In this document: piece after piece, positions 41,049-54,158 of the stretch
How positions within the stretch are numbered: the stretch's first letter is position 1
Layout: each line of letters opens with the position of its first letter
Assembly (NCBI GenBank): GCA_965235115.1
Contig: OZ249436.1
Span: 15,812,001-15,876,000, forward strand
Length of the DNA: 64,000 nucleotides
Direction: 5' to 3'
From: Laetmonice hystrix
Taxonomy: Eukaryota
Translations under genes and position numbers: made by a program
The notes under the pieces: model-generated
Seen by the model: the letters and a program-made list of their open reading frames with translations, nothing else
What the model was told of the DNA's origin: nothing
Database searches by the model: none

Positions 41049-41872
41049 TTTGAGTTTCATTATACTTTCACGCCGTCAAGGAGCCGAATCCCGTTTATTC
41101 TATGCGTTTGGATTATTTCTTATTTAAGGAAAACAAATAGCATTAAACAAAAGTTAACAACGCTTTCCAAAGACTTCCAGCACCGCAACTTTTAAATTGC
41201 CAAACAAAGCTCTCTGTATTCATTATTGTCAGGAGTCTGTGGAGACCTTATGACTTGGGGAATAATTTGGGTACCGTACGTTTTTGAATTGGTCGTCGCG
41301 CCAGATTTTGCTTGGCAAGCGCTGCTAGGTAGAAAGGTCACAAGTTTTCAGATTTTTAAAATAAGTTTCAAATGGCCGTACGAGATTGAATCGTTGCAGC
41401 TATTTATTAAATTTCATACTGATCTAAAGCCAAATATGTCTAGTTTCTTTTCCAACAATTCATCAATGTGAATTGATTTATTATTCCCACCGCCAGCGCG
41501 TTTTGAAACACCGGAGTTCAGAAAAACTAAGCTTTTAGTCCCCAAATTATACGCCGGTTACGATTCTATAATTTATCATACATACATAGGGCCCCATAGT
41601 TAACGTCGCGTCACCCTGAAACGTGTATACACAATGAAATCAGTTGCATACGGACCACCGTATGCCCCCCCCCCCCCTCCTGAATAGCACGGGCAGATAG
41701 AATGAATATAATTATAATAAAATGTTGTAAAGGGGGACCAGTCCATTTGCCTTCACAATATGTTGGAATAACGCTTATTTTTATTGTATCCACGGAGACT
41801 CCAAGTTCCGCTATTGGTAGAACCGTGCTGGAATGTTTTGACGGCACGGCAAGAATTTACACCCGTCTATAA

Positions 41873-41889
41873 ACACTAGGTGGCAGCAC
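41873..41889 (+). promoter_or_regulatory. CTCF-like motif
   Basis: acactaggtggcagcac matches the core of the CCACYAGRKGGCRS consensus. Confidence 0.35.
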
Positions 41890-43427
41890 AAGCGTAATGG
41901 TGGACTTTTTTTAGAATACACAAAAATAAAGCAAATTTCAAAATCGGAGTAAAATTGGCAACTTAACTATGAGTACGGTATATACGTGTATCAATTTATC
42001 ATCACGATTCACACGATATGACAAGTTGTCACTTTACGTCGGTATAATTTCGTTCTCATAGTTATCATTTGTTGGTCGATAAGAAAAATAAGAGATCGCA
42101 TTTTATTTCAAAATCCCCATGTCAACTCTTTCCATATGTTAGTGTAAATTTAAAATGTTGACTCATCGTCAAAAATATTCTATTGTTAACTTTGTCGTGA
42201 TAAAAACGACATCTAGTGATAAGAAACGCTGATATGTAGAAGTGTCTTACAACAATAGTTGCTTCCGTCTCGGCTAGACATGTTGGTCTGGCTTATAAAG
42301 AGTGCAAAGCCGTTGGAGCCTCCGAAGATTTACGATAAGAAAAAGGATAATTTCTTATAGGCCTATTGTAGCAATACAGGTCCCATCTCAATTTGAGCAG
42401 GTCATCAAAATGCTATCCGACGGTGTTGGGGTTACTATACATTATAGTGGCCTATCGCTTTCTGGGACGAAGAGCTGCATAAGACACGCGCAGGTTTGTG
42501 GGGGGGGGGGGACATCGGTGTCGCGAGTCCTTCAACCTTTAAGAGGATCAGCACTGCACACAGCATTCTTCAATCAGAGCCACGGGTTGAAACTCGAAAG
42601 GCAGCAAGACTACCGTGGTCATTTACAAGACTGCATTAGTGTGCTTGTTGTTTCTGTAAACATGTAATCTCTGCGCGAGTTCTTTGGGAAATGAAGTCCT
42701 GCACGGGCACCATTCTTTATTTTCCATGCCGCATTGCAGAGGCACACAGTCTAATGGATGCCTCGGTGTCTTGTTCTAACATCATTCGCTCTTTCAACAT
42801 GCTTGAGGTATTTGTCTATACTTAACAGGTTGTAGAGACTGAGTTACTTTTGTCTTAAATTACTCGCGTTTTCCAATGCACCAACAGATGCCTGAACGGT
42901 CGAGTTTTTTCTATTATAATCTTAGTCTACGGGTTATGTAGGACTGTCGAACAAACCAATTCAAAATGGTAGAGTGGCTCTAATCTATGCCGATCGTTTT
43001 AATCTCTTTTTTTTAAGTTTAAGGGATTAGTCAGATATAATTCATTAAGAACAAACTCCGTTCCATGTCTGCCTCACATTTGCAAATTCTGTCGCTACAT
43101 TTGCAAATTCTGTCGCGGTTCTCATTGGTGACGTAAAATTACTTCGAATTACATTGGTCCTAATTGTAATATCAGCAACTGGTGTTTTTACTTGACAGCC
43201 ACGATCATAAATATACAATGCATACCAGTTTTCCTTTCATGAAATTTAACATTCAGAACTATCCATTTTCATAGGGCACGAACATTTTCCGTGTACATGG
43301 CCATGGTTACTATGATTGTAGCTGTATAGAACTACAAAAAAACGACCTGCCTTCTATCTGTTATAAACTCGATATATCCACTGACAGATACGTATTTCTA
43401 AGGGCCTTTACCAGGTTTCTCTATTTA

Positions 43428-43443
43428 ACACCAGATGGCAGTA
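43428..43443 (+). promoter_or_regulatory. CTCF-like motif
   Basis: acaccagatggcagta matches the CTCF core consensus. Confidence 0.3.
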
Positions 43444-46400
43444 TAGAGTGGACCTTCGGTCGTACATTGAAGGTCACCAATAATAACACTGATCGAGCAA
43501 GGACTTTTTCTTTCTTTTTATATAAACCGGGTAATATTACTTATATAGGCCTACTCTGGTTGTTTTTTGCACTCTGTAATACATTTATAATTTTCATTAT
43601 TTTCTTATTTAATTTATGATTTTCACAATACGCCTTTAAGCTCCTATATTATTGAAGTAGACCTACACTTCATGCGCCAATGTTCTCCACCCCCTTCCAA
43701 ATGATGTTTACCCCTTTTAAACAGACTTTCCTCGTAAAGTGAAAAACTCCCTACAATCCGAACTCAAACGTCAGCTCCGGAATGATGGCGCTTGCTCTTG
43801 TTCGGTATCTCTTGTAGCTTGTTCTTGTATCTCAACCCCTATAAAATGGTCCCCAACTATATATATATATATATAGGATCGCAACGAGAAAACGAAAGAC
43901 TACAAGAACATAATACGTAAGATATTCACGGATCTAGGGGAGGCATAACTTGGGTGCGTACCCCTCTAGCCCCATAAATCCCCCTACGACCCCCCCCCCC
44001 CCGCCCCTCAAAACGTCCTATAGCTGCTGCCCTTCATACCCACCGCCGGTGTCGTCCCTGTATCCGAAAGGCCTCTATAGTCTATCATTTAAAAAGTCCA
44101 TTGTTTCTTAGGCCACAAAACTTAATTTACAATCCCTCCCCCCCCCCTCCCTCCCCCGCCACCCCGACCCCCACCATACACCCCCACCCCACCCCACCGC
44201 ACTGGCCAGCGACAGTGTCGTACCGGGACGATGAGCATCCCCGCCGATTGGGTCCGATGCAATGTGCTGGTCGAGTCCCTCCGTGGCCAGGTTGGCGCCC
44301 TTCAAGACGACAGAAGCGGGTCTGAGGACCAGTGACAGCCACACGAGGGTGGCCTGGCGGCGGCACAGGACGGCCGACTTACCGTGCCCAGGCCGTTTGT
44401 CAACGACAAGCAATCCCCGTCAATTTTCGCGCCCATCTCCAGGGGGACAGAGTATGATGATGGCAGTTTTTCGGATATGACGGTCGCCGGACGTCCTTTT
44501 CATTTTGGGTGAGTGCAAAAGAGCGTTTGTGCCCACTAGTGTTGGCACCTGTAGGACTCGCGACAACCCCGTTTACAAGTTCACGCCTGACCCGCCAATA
44601 TGCGGCCGTTGAGTTTTACGGGTGGAGTCGGCGCCCAGAGTTCAAGCACTGGTGAAGTCAATGCATATTGTTTACTTCATTGAAGAGAGTTGTCTTGGCA
44701 ATGTTCGGTGGTGACTCTCACAGTTGTATTTATAGCCTTAGTAAATAGTGTTGTCGCTGACATTGCGTTCCTGGTCCTCGATGGCCAGGTTTGTTGTTTG
44801 TCCGGGATTTACCCCTGTACCCCGTCTTAATGCACCCAAAGGCCGGGCGGTCACTCCGGCCATGTGTACCGTGTACGGTATCAGCTAGGTATCAGCATGA
44901 TGTCGGCCGCCTACCATGGTTCTCCCTGCCAAGAACACCCGGGACGTTTCAGTTCGAGTCCCCCACTATGGGTTTCCCCCCGTTTGGCTGCGTGCGCCGG
45001 AAGCGGGGTAGGGGGGTCTACCCCCGGAATCAGGGCCGGATCCAGGATTTGGGTAAGGGGGCAGGGTAATTCAGAAAGTTCTATGGGGGGGGGGGGAAGA
45101 ATCCGCCACTCCTCCCACCAATCTAGATTGGGGGCACCCCCCCCCCCAATCATCTGTGTTCTCGATTGACAAAAATGCGTGTCACGGCTCTGATGGTCAT
45201 TGAGTGGTCAGTTTAGACTCCAATCTCGGGAGAGGAGGCGTCTTTCATCTGGATGACCAGGCATGACCTGTCAGGGCTTCCGGGAAATTAAACCAGCCGG
45301 TGCAGCGCTTACATCATAAAGGGCGGACCCGCGGGGAGTAAACGTCTATAATGGTAATACATCATGGTATAGGAGACGTCACACATTTTATTGGGCCTAA
45401 ACGGCTAAGGCCATATAACCCTACCAGTTAGAAACTATTAAATGAATGGCAATAGGGTGTCATCTTCTTTACATGTGACATTTTCAACCTAGTTGAGTAG
45501 GAGCCTGGCCTGAAGGCGAAATGAACATTTCTAATCTGCCCTCAAGAATTTCAGTTATGGGTCGACTGAATATAAGCCTAAATTCCCAGATTTTCAGTCA
45601 TACCAGACAGACTACACTAGGTTTTCGGGTCTCATACTGGTTTGTATAATTGCCCTGTGCATTAATGGCATTTACCATAAAGGTCCTTTTTATTTAAGTG
45701 AAAAACAGATTATGGTCAAATATCAAGTGATATAGGCTGACTCAATTTCTTTACGACTCCTTCGTGACATCAACGAGACGATCTCGTTGGTGACATATCG
45801 TAGGATTAGTGTGTCATAGAACTTTAGATCTAACAGTGGGCAATGATTGTTTTCATTCAGTATTAAATAGACCTCGACACAATCTACCATGACGCTCACA
45901 GAATAGTATTACATAAGCCATGGGTTCCAAAACGAATGACCCCTGCGTCATTACCAGCCATTTTTAGTTCCACATCCCTTTCCATAATGTGTCTACAGCA
46001 GAGCTCAGCCGTATCTAAATGAGACATAGTCTGTGGCAGGCGAACTGAAGTAATTTTTATGAACCTGGTTGTAACTGTGATGTCACAAGGACCACCTGCA
46101 GTTAATGGTGGACCTATTAGAGGCCCTGCAGGTGGTACCGACCGCCTGGTTTAACCCTCCATGTGACCGCTAACAGGGGTTAGGGGTTGACCCAGCCCGC
46201 AGTGTGTACGGCACTCCGAGCGCCTGCCCCGGGGACCACACACTGGCCTCAACATTGGTTGCTTTCTCTCCCAGTATCTATACCTCCCACGAGGAGGTTG
46301 GTCTTGTGACACAGTCCAGACTAGGAGATTACATCAGGCAGCTTGACGCCACTTGGTCACTGCCGTGCCCCAGAGAAAAATGGCTGGTCTCATGAAATGA

Positions 46401-46980
46401 ATTTACTGTCAGGATAAAGAGTGACCAGAAGTTGGTTATGGCCCATATCGTCTTCCAGAGGAAATTGGTAGAGGTCTGTGTCGGTAAACAATAAATCCTA
46501 TTAGGTAACAATAGCCTTCTGCTCAAGTGGTAAATACCCTGTGTATCAGCAAGGAAATGAGTTACCCCAAGCCAGCTTAATTACCCAGGAGGTTTGACAG
46601 TATCATTATTGTGTTCTTTTTAAACACGGCATGAGAAAGAGATTCTTGAGTTTGCAGAAGTTAGCGGGTGTGGATGTGTTTAGTCTGTCCACAGATTGCC
46701 ATTAAATCATAATAAGCGACAGGTGGAGAACAGATGGCTGTGACTACCATGTGGGCCAATGGTAGATACGACCAACGAGAGATACGACTATCGAAGAGCG
46801 GTACAGAGACAGCAGTTTCCCACCCCATGCTGCACCGATAAACCCCCACATCTCGGCTACTCATTGTAACTTGTTGTAACTGACCAGTCACTGTGACCTG
46901 GATGTTGTCCTGCCCGACAGCACCTATATTATAGTTATATTTGTTCAACACGTGGGGCAAGTGGACAATTGTGTAAAGTA

Positions 46981-47202
46981 CAGTATGTCCCCAAAAAAAT
47001 GATAGTCTAACTTTAGGTGTGCAATACACTTAGATATTTTAGAGGGTTGTCGAATTTTGAATTTTGAAGTTGAACATAAAGTTTGATCCCCCTAGATAAC
47101 TCTCAGCAAGTTTGGTATTGACAGGGTCACGCATTACTGATCACAACCAGTATCTCTTTTTGACAATGGAACACAGACTATAATTTTTGGGGGGACATAC
47201 TG
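46981..47202. mobile_element. Tc1/mariner-type MITE (222 bp)
   Basis: ta|cagtatgtccccaaaaaaatgatagtct ... agactataatttttggggggacatactg|ca; ~28-bp TIRs; TA on the left, CA (probably mutated TA) on the right. Confidence 0.85.
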
Positions 47203-49821
47203 CATAGACAGACGGATTAAACCATTCTATGCAATAAGACGTCCATAAAAACCGGTCAGTGCTGAAGGCTTTGTGAAACACAAGGCGTCAAGATGTTCGA
47301 GTAGGAGGAGGCTCTAGGTTTTTAGTTTTTATCATTGCATTCAATTTAAGAAAATTACCGCTTGTCTGCATGAATAATGTGCAGACATGGAATTGTAATC
47401 ATCTCCCCACTCCCCTCCCACCCCCAGGTATGCTTACTGCAAGTTTGAGAGTCCCTAGATACGGTTTCAGCCAGTGGCAACTCTAACCGTTAAAGACCTA
47501 TTTATATTAATTTGCATCTGGTGTATAGTTATGACACAGTGAGTCAAAGCGACGTGTGGTGCTGCATGCTGAGTGGGACCCAGTAATACCGGCCAGCCTG
47601 GTAATGGCATGCCAGCAGGGCCAAACATATGTAAATTAGAGGTCAAAGGACATAAACAGGAGAAGGATAACTTGGAGAATGAATTATGTAGATGTCAGGA
47701 GACTGGTTCAGTACTTTCACCCTGAAGTTTGGAATATCGATTGGTAACGTTACAAATAATAGCCAATAGGTCAAAAATGAAACAGACTTAATAAAAAAAA
47801 ATCGTATCTCAGAAACGTAGCCACTGGAGAGAAACACAACGTGGTATTTTGACATGGGACGCCACAGGGTAAATAGGTACTTCCACATTTCTTAAAGAAA
47901 AATGATGGCTGCACTTGCCTTGATGTCCTTAACCTAAGTGGACATGCCTTTCCACATATCTTGAGGCCATTCGTTTTGTTTTAAGCAAGTGTACGTCAAG
48001 TAATAGTAGTGGAAGGATCTGATTATGTCATAAAAACTGCAGTGAGTGTAAATAGGGTTTTTGTCTGGTGGTCCCTAGCAGGTGCAGGTGACCTGTCGAA
48101 TGCTGGTGCCAGTATAGGTAACCATTGAGTATCCCGGCAAATAATTAGATAGTTAACATTCCAGGAACCATTGTGTGTCTCTACACAGGTCATGATAGTA
48201 TCAGGCCATGAATTATTCATGCTTTAGTCGGAAACTTTTCATGGTTTTCTCTGTCTTATAAAGGTCCGATCTAGTCAGTGTAGACCTCGTCTCATATCTG
48301 ATCAGCTGTGTGTAGCCTAAGCGTGATTTCTAACAGATTTGGATGTGTTTACTCTTGACCTAACTGGACTCTTTCCGCTGATTGCAGGTTTGTGACCAAG
48401 AAGAGTTGAACCTGACTTTAAAAAGCCGACCTCGGTGGGACTGTCACCAAGGGCACGATAAAGAGGGGCGGAGTGAGTGAAACAAGCCACACAAAAGGTG
48501 CTCCGACTACAAACAAGACACACATTAACTCTGGCAGCAGAATCTGTGGACGTTTTCCGGGGCGGACCTCCAGGGACGACCTCGCTATACCTCCTGTCCT
48601 CGTCGTTTCACGGTCATTGAGGGAGTAAAGATCAAGGAAACCGACCTAACGTCCCCTCGAGCAACCTGTGACCCGGGGCTTGCAAACCGACCTGAAACAA
48701 CCATGTGGAAGAAATCGGCATATATCAGCAGAATTGGAGTTACCTCATTCATTTAGCATATTACATTTAGCATATTACTTAGGTGTCGTAGGTGATGCAA
48801 CAAGCACCACATTACCTCTGACGACGAGAATACCTCATCGTGAACTGTCAGCAGACATCCTCCTTTCATTTTAGTACCAGTAAGTGGAATACAAAACCAC
48901 ATATTTGAAGTGAAAACCAAGGCTCACATGGCCATACCATATTGAGGAGGAAGACTCAAATCGTATAGCTCGGGTACCTTACCTTAAGAGGTTACGGTGA
49001 TGTGATTGATTGCATTCGATACGGATCGTTTGATCGGTAAATTTTACACCCGTGCCTGTGGATACATAGAGTGACATTTTCAATCTATGAGGACTTGCCC
49101 AGATAGGTGAAGGGAACTGCCTTCAACTGCTTCATTTTCAATCAGGGTCAGATTGCACTGACTTGGGAGCATACGTGTCTGTTGCCAATGTAAGTGTGCG
49201 ACGATGCTGTCAGTGTAGTGAAATGTGACCACTGTCAATTGTTATGGTGTGAACGGTAAAGTGTCAAGGAATGCCCATTGGATGATGACCTGTTCACCCT
49301 GTCATGGCACAGGTCATTGGTGAGTGAGGTGAGTGAGGAACGCGCAGGTGAAGGGGACTGTCTACAGTCCCTGGTGTTTAATGTGGGAAAACTCAGAAAG
49401 TGGAACAAGGTTCCCGCTCACATATCGTACACACGCTTCTTTTTTCTGGGCAACTAACTTTATTCTACAAAAAGCGATGATATAGAGGTCTACAGATGGA
49501 CATCAGCTTGGATACAATGTGCAATGCCTCTCGTACTAACGCAGAGCTGCCTTTGTAGAAAGTAATACGAATTAGCTGTCTTGCCAAGACATACCAGGAC
49601 GGTGTCCGGTTCAGTGACTGCCAAGTAGCAGCTCCAAGGATCCTTCATGATTGTGGGCCGGATCAGCATAAGATCTGAAATGATATCTTAGCAGAAGGTG
49701 CCATGGGAGTCATGTCACACGATTCTGGAGAGGAGGAAATTTAAGTCCAGCTTATCCACTGATACTCTGATTGTTTTGATATGAGTAGGGTTGCCCCCTG
49801 CCCCCTCCCAACGTGTGAACC

Positions 49822-51119
49822 ATGAATATAATGTATGATTACAATGGTGCGGAGGTCCGGGAGCCGGTGAGGAGGACGTGCAAGGGGACCTACCTACACG
49901 TGGACGAGGAGTACATCCCCGCCGCCGCACGTGAACTGGGCAGTAAAACGACCCGAGAGATGTACGGGAAGAGGGAGGGAGAACCGGACGGTAACTCGGA
50001 GACTCCAGTCAGGGGTCGCCGGGAGATGTTCCGGCTGGAATCTAAACTGTACGAGACGGGAGACGTGGAGCACCTGAAGGCTGACAAGGACTTGTCGCCT
50101 GGTCCTCCAAGTCTCCCTAACGGACGTGACTGGGCGTCACCTTCCGACCATAACAGGTCAGTATCTACCTCCAGTAACAACAACGGCTTCCACAACGGCT
50201 ACGACCTTCACAACCGTAACAATCACTCCAGTCAAGATTACCCTGAGATCAATGGTCGGAGTGTTACCCTGTCCGTCTCCACCCCGGACACAATGGATCG
50301 TAGTGTCTTCTCTAATGGAGGTCATGACAGGGGTACGCACCCGACCGGCGGGGTAGACCGGGGCAGCGTCCCCATCAACAGGGACCACTTGGAGCCGGCA
50401 AACCGGAGCATTCACTCAATCAGGAGCTCAACCAATGTGGACCAGAGCGTTTTGTCGAATAGAACTGACTTAAATGACCTTAACAAAAGTGTCCTCTCCC
50501 AACGTAATGACCTCAACCACAGTGTAATGTCCGCAAGGGACCCCTATGAACAGAACCGAAGCATCCTCACAAACCGAGACTCAGGGGACGCCAACAGAAG
50601 TGTGATAAGTTATCGAGACGTCAATAACCACAGGCTTGAGAATGGTGATATTAACCGTTCTGTGGGCCGAGACATGGCAGAACATAGTCTTATCGCTTTG
50701 AGAGACACCCCAAAAGTCCCAACCCACAAAATGAATGGTTTCGCTAAACCAATGAAAGAAACCCCGCTTAGCCAGTCACATCGAAGTTTGACGTTTTCCC
50801 GGGCAAGCCTTGCATTTCCGCGGTTAACTTCAACAAATGCCCTTCAGAATGGTCTAGTCAACACTGCCTTGATTTGTCTGATGGCGTTGATCGTTGCCGT
50901 GATTGGACTACAGTTGTTATTTCGGCTCACTGCCCGTCAAACCCAGGGCGGGGCCCTGCGGGGGTCGATCCTCTCAAACTCTTCCTACCAGAACACCGTG
51001 GAGGTGGCAGTGGCCGTGGCTAGTGTTGTCGTTATGCTTGACCTCTGCTGCCTTATGGTCTGCTCCATGCAGGCCGTCTTCGCCGCCAAGCTACTCCGGT
51101 GCTCACAGGGAGAGGAAAG
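49822..51119 (+). CDS. TMEM221: First coding exon of a TMEM221/Jiraiya-like multi-pass membrane protein with a long N-terminal extension
   Basis: 433-codon ORF; ACCATG context with an in-frame TGA at 49816-49818; two hydrophobic segments (AVIGLQLLFRL; VAVAVASVVVMLDLCCLMVCSMQAVFAAKLLR) resemble TMEM221 as recalled ([43 protein letters not shown]); ends at donor AAAG|gtaagc (phase 2). Confidence 0.85.
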
Positions 51120-52410
51120 GTAAGCTGCTAACTCAATCTGGACAAAATAATAATAAAACGGGATTTATTGTAAAGTAATCTCGTGGGACATAGATCTATG
51201 CTTTTATATGTCATTGTTTTTTTAGAAAAGGACCCACTGGCCTTTCTCAGGTCATTATTTGTATGCATGAGACATCATGAATTGTTTATTGTACCGAGTA
51301 TGTATGTCAGAAATCACCGGTTAGTAATGCATGCTATGTTATTTAGCGGGAACTAGGGATGGTGAACATCCCTTTTAATTTAGATTTGATCAGAAAATTA
51401 TGCATTTACAAATAGAGACCAATATAGCATGAGGATCCAGAACCTCTGACCTTGTATTGCCCAGAAGAGAAAATGATGTGTTATTACAAATTCAACAGCA
51501 TTCATGTAGATGTAAATGACTTGTTGTACGACACCCTTCACATAGGTAATGACATGTCATAACGCCAGTCATCCATCGTGACTCGGAACATTCCATGAAT
51601 TCTCTCAGGATAGGCGAGCATGTTAGCACACACGTTGTCATGTTCATTGTATAGCAGTAAACTCCATTAAGTGGCAGGATCCATGTGTCAGAAAGAATCT
51701 GAATTGTTTGTCAGGTTATGATCATGCACAAATGCCATGGTAAATCGTCAACTGGTTATAGCCCGGTCATATTGGAAACGGGTATGTTACTAGGATACAG
51801 GGGGGATTTTCTATTGTAACAAGGACATACTTATGAAGTTTTATTTAGGGCAAAACATTATGATTTAATGTTCATCAGTCATGCATGCAGATGTAAGCTG
51901 GCAAGGACCGCTGAGAATTGAGGTCAAATATGACAAACTGCATCCAAGCTCCACCGGTACCTAAAATGTTTGACCGTAACTGAAAATTAGAAGTAACCCG
52001 ACCGTTTAGCGTTCTGCCACGGATAGCTAACTGCATGGTATGCTGGTGGTAGCTTTGAGTGTAGCATACCATGCATGTCTTTTAAGACCGAATGCAACAG
52101 GGATCAAAAACATATGTGTGAGAGAAATGGTAATATAAAACGGTCAGTGAGGTCAAATGGATACTTGGATAGAAATCATCTCCGAGTGTTTTCAGTGTAG
52201 GTATTGCAGTTAAGAATGCAAAGCTGTACAGATCACACTGCATGGTGATATCACAGGTACGAGATATCGTCAAACCTTTTGAAGAAAGTATTTTGTAGGG
52301 AAAAGGAAGAAAAACACGTTGTGGAGAATATTGCAAAAACTTTCATGCCACTTATATTAATCTCATATGATCACCGTGACTGTGACAGTTCAGTGAATAG
52401 GTGAATGGTA

Positions 52411-54158
52411 ACCAGCCTGTCAGTCACCAGCTATTGGCCAGCATCAGAGCGTGTGTAGTATGGACACTGAGGGCAACCACCAGCCTGTCAGTCACCAGCT
52501 ATTGGCCAGTATCAGAGCGTGTGTAGTATGGACACTTAGGGCAACCACCAGCCTGTCAGTCACCAGCTATTGGCCAGTATCAGAGCATGTGTAGTATGGA
52601 CACTGAGGGCAACCACCAGCCTGTCAGTCACCAGCTATTGGCCAGCATCAGAGCATGTGTAGTATGGACACTGAGGGCAACCACCAGCCTGTCAGTCACC
52701 AGCTATTGGCCAGCATCAGAGCGTGTGCAGTATGGACACTGAGGGCAACCACCAGCCTGTCAGTCAACAGCTATTGGCCAGTATCAGAGCGTGTATAGTA
52801 TGGACACTGAGGGCAACCACCAGCCTGTCAGTCACCAGCTATTGGCCAGTATCAGAGCGTGTGTAGTATGGACACTGAGGGCAACCACCAGCCTGTCAGT
52901 CACCAGCTATTGGCCAGTATCAGAGCATGTGCAGTATGGACACTGAGGGCAACCACCAGCCTGTCAGTCACCAGCTTGGCCAGTATCAGAGCGTGTGTAG
53001 TATGGACACTGAGGGCAACCACCAGCCTGTCAGTCAACAGCTATTGGCCAGTATCAGAGCGTGTGTAGTATGGACACTGAGGGCAACCACCAGCCTGTCA
53101 GTCACCAGCTATTGGCCAGTATCAGAGCGTGTGTAGTATGGACACTGAGGGCAACCACCAGCCTGTAAGTCACCAGCTATTGGCCAGCATCAGAGCGTGT
53201 GTAGTATGGACACTGAGGGCAACCACCAGCCTGTCAGTCACCAGCTATTGGCCAGCATCAGAGCATGTGTAGAATGGACACTGAGGGCAACCACCAGCCT
53301 GTCAGTCACCAGCCAGTATCAGAGCGTGTGTAGTATGGACACTGAGGGCAACCACCAGCCTGTCAGTCACCAGCTATTGGCCAGCATCAGAGCATGTGTA
53401 GTATGGACACTGAGGGCCACCACCAGCCTGTCAGTCACCAGCTATTGGCCAGCATCAGAGCATGTGTAGTATGGACACTGAGGGCAACCACCAGCCTGTC
53501 AGTCACCAGCTATTGGCCAGCATCAGAGCATGTGTAGTATGGACACTGAGGGCAACCACCAGCCTGTCAGTCACCAGCCAGTATCAGAGCGTGTGTAGTA
53601 TGGACACTGAGGGCAACCACCAGCCTGTCAGTCACCAGCTATTGGCCAGCATCAGAGCATGTGTAGTATGGACACTGAGGGCCACCACCAGCCTGTCAGT
53701 CACCAGCTATTGGCCAGCATCAGAGCATGTGTAGTATGGACACTGAGGGCAACCACCAGCCTGTCAGTCACCAGCTATTGGCCAGCATCAGAGCATGTGT
53801 AGTATGGACACTGAGGGCAACCACCAGCCTGTCAGTCACCAGCTATTGGCCAGCATCAGAGCGTGTGTAGTATGGACACTGAGGGCAACCACCAGCCTGT
53901 CAGTCACCAGCTATTGGCCAGCATCAGAGCATGTGTAGTATGGACACTGAGGGCCACCACCAGCCTGTCAGTCACCAGCTATTGACCAGCATCAGAGCAT
54001 GTGTAGTATGGACACTGAGGGCAACCACCAGCCTGTCAGTCACCAGCTATTGGCCAGCATCAGAGCATGTGTAGTATGGACACTGAGGGCAACCACCAGC
54101 CTGTCAGTCACCAGCTATTGGCCAGTATCAGAGCGTGTGTAGTATGGACACTGAGGGC
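52411..54158. repeat. Intronic minisatellite, 68-bp unit, ~26 copies
   Basis: Unit aaccaccagcctgtcagtcaccagctattggccagtatcagagcgtgtgtagtatggacactgagggc. Confidence 0.97.

Noticed and set aside
44231..44512. Selenoprotein or readthrough ORF with an in-frame TGA
   Set aside because: No redox motif or SECIS seen; such open stretches are expected by chance in GC-rich DNA
51120..51123. Stop codon ending the 433-aa ORF
   Set aside because: The TAA lies within the donor site gtaagc, and the frame continues in the exon at 63336
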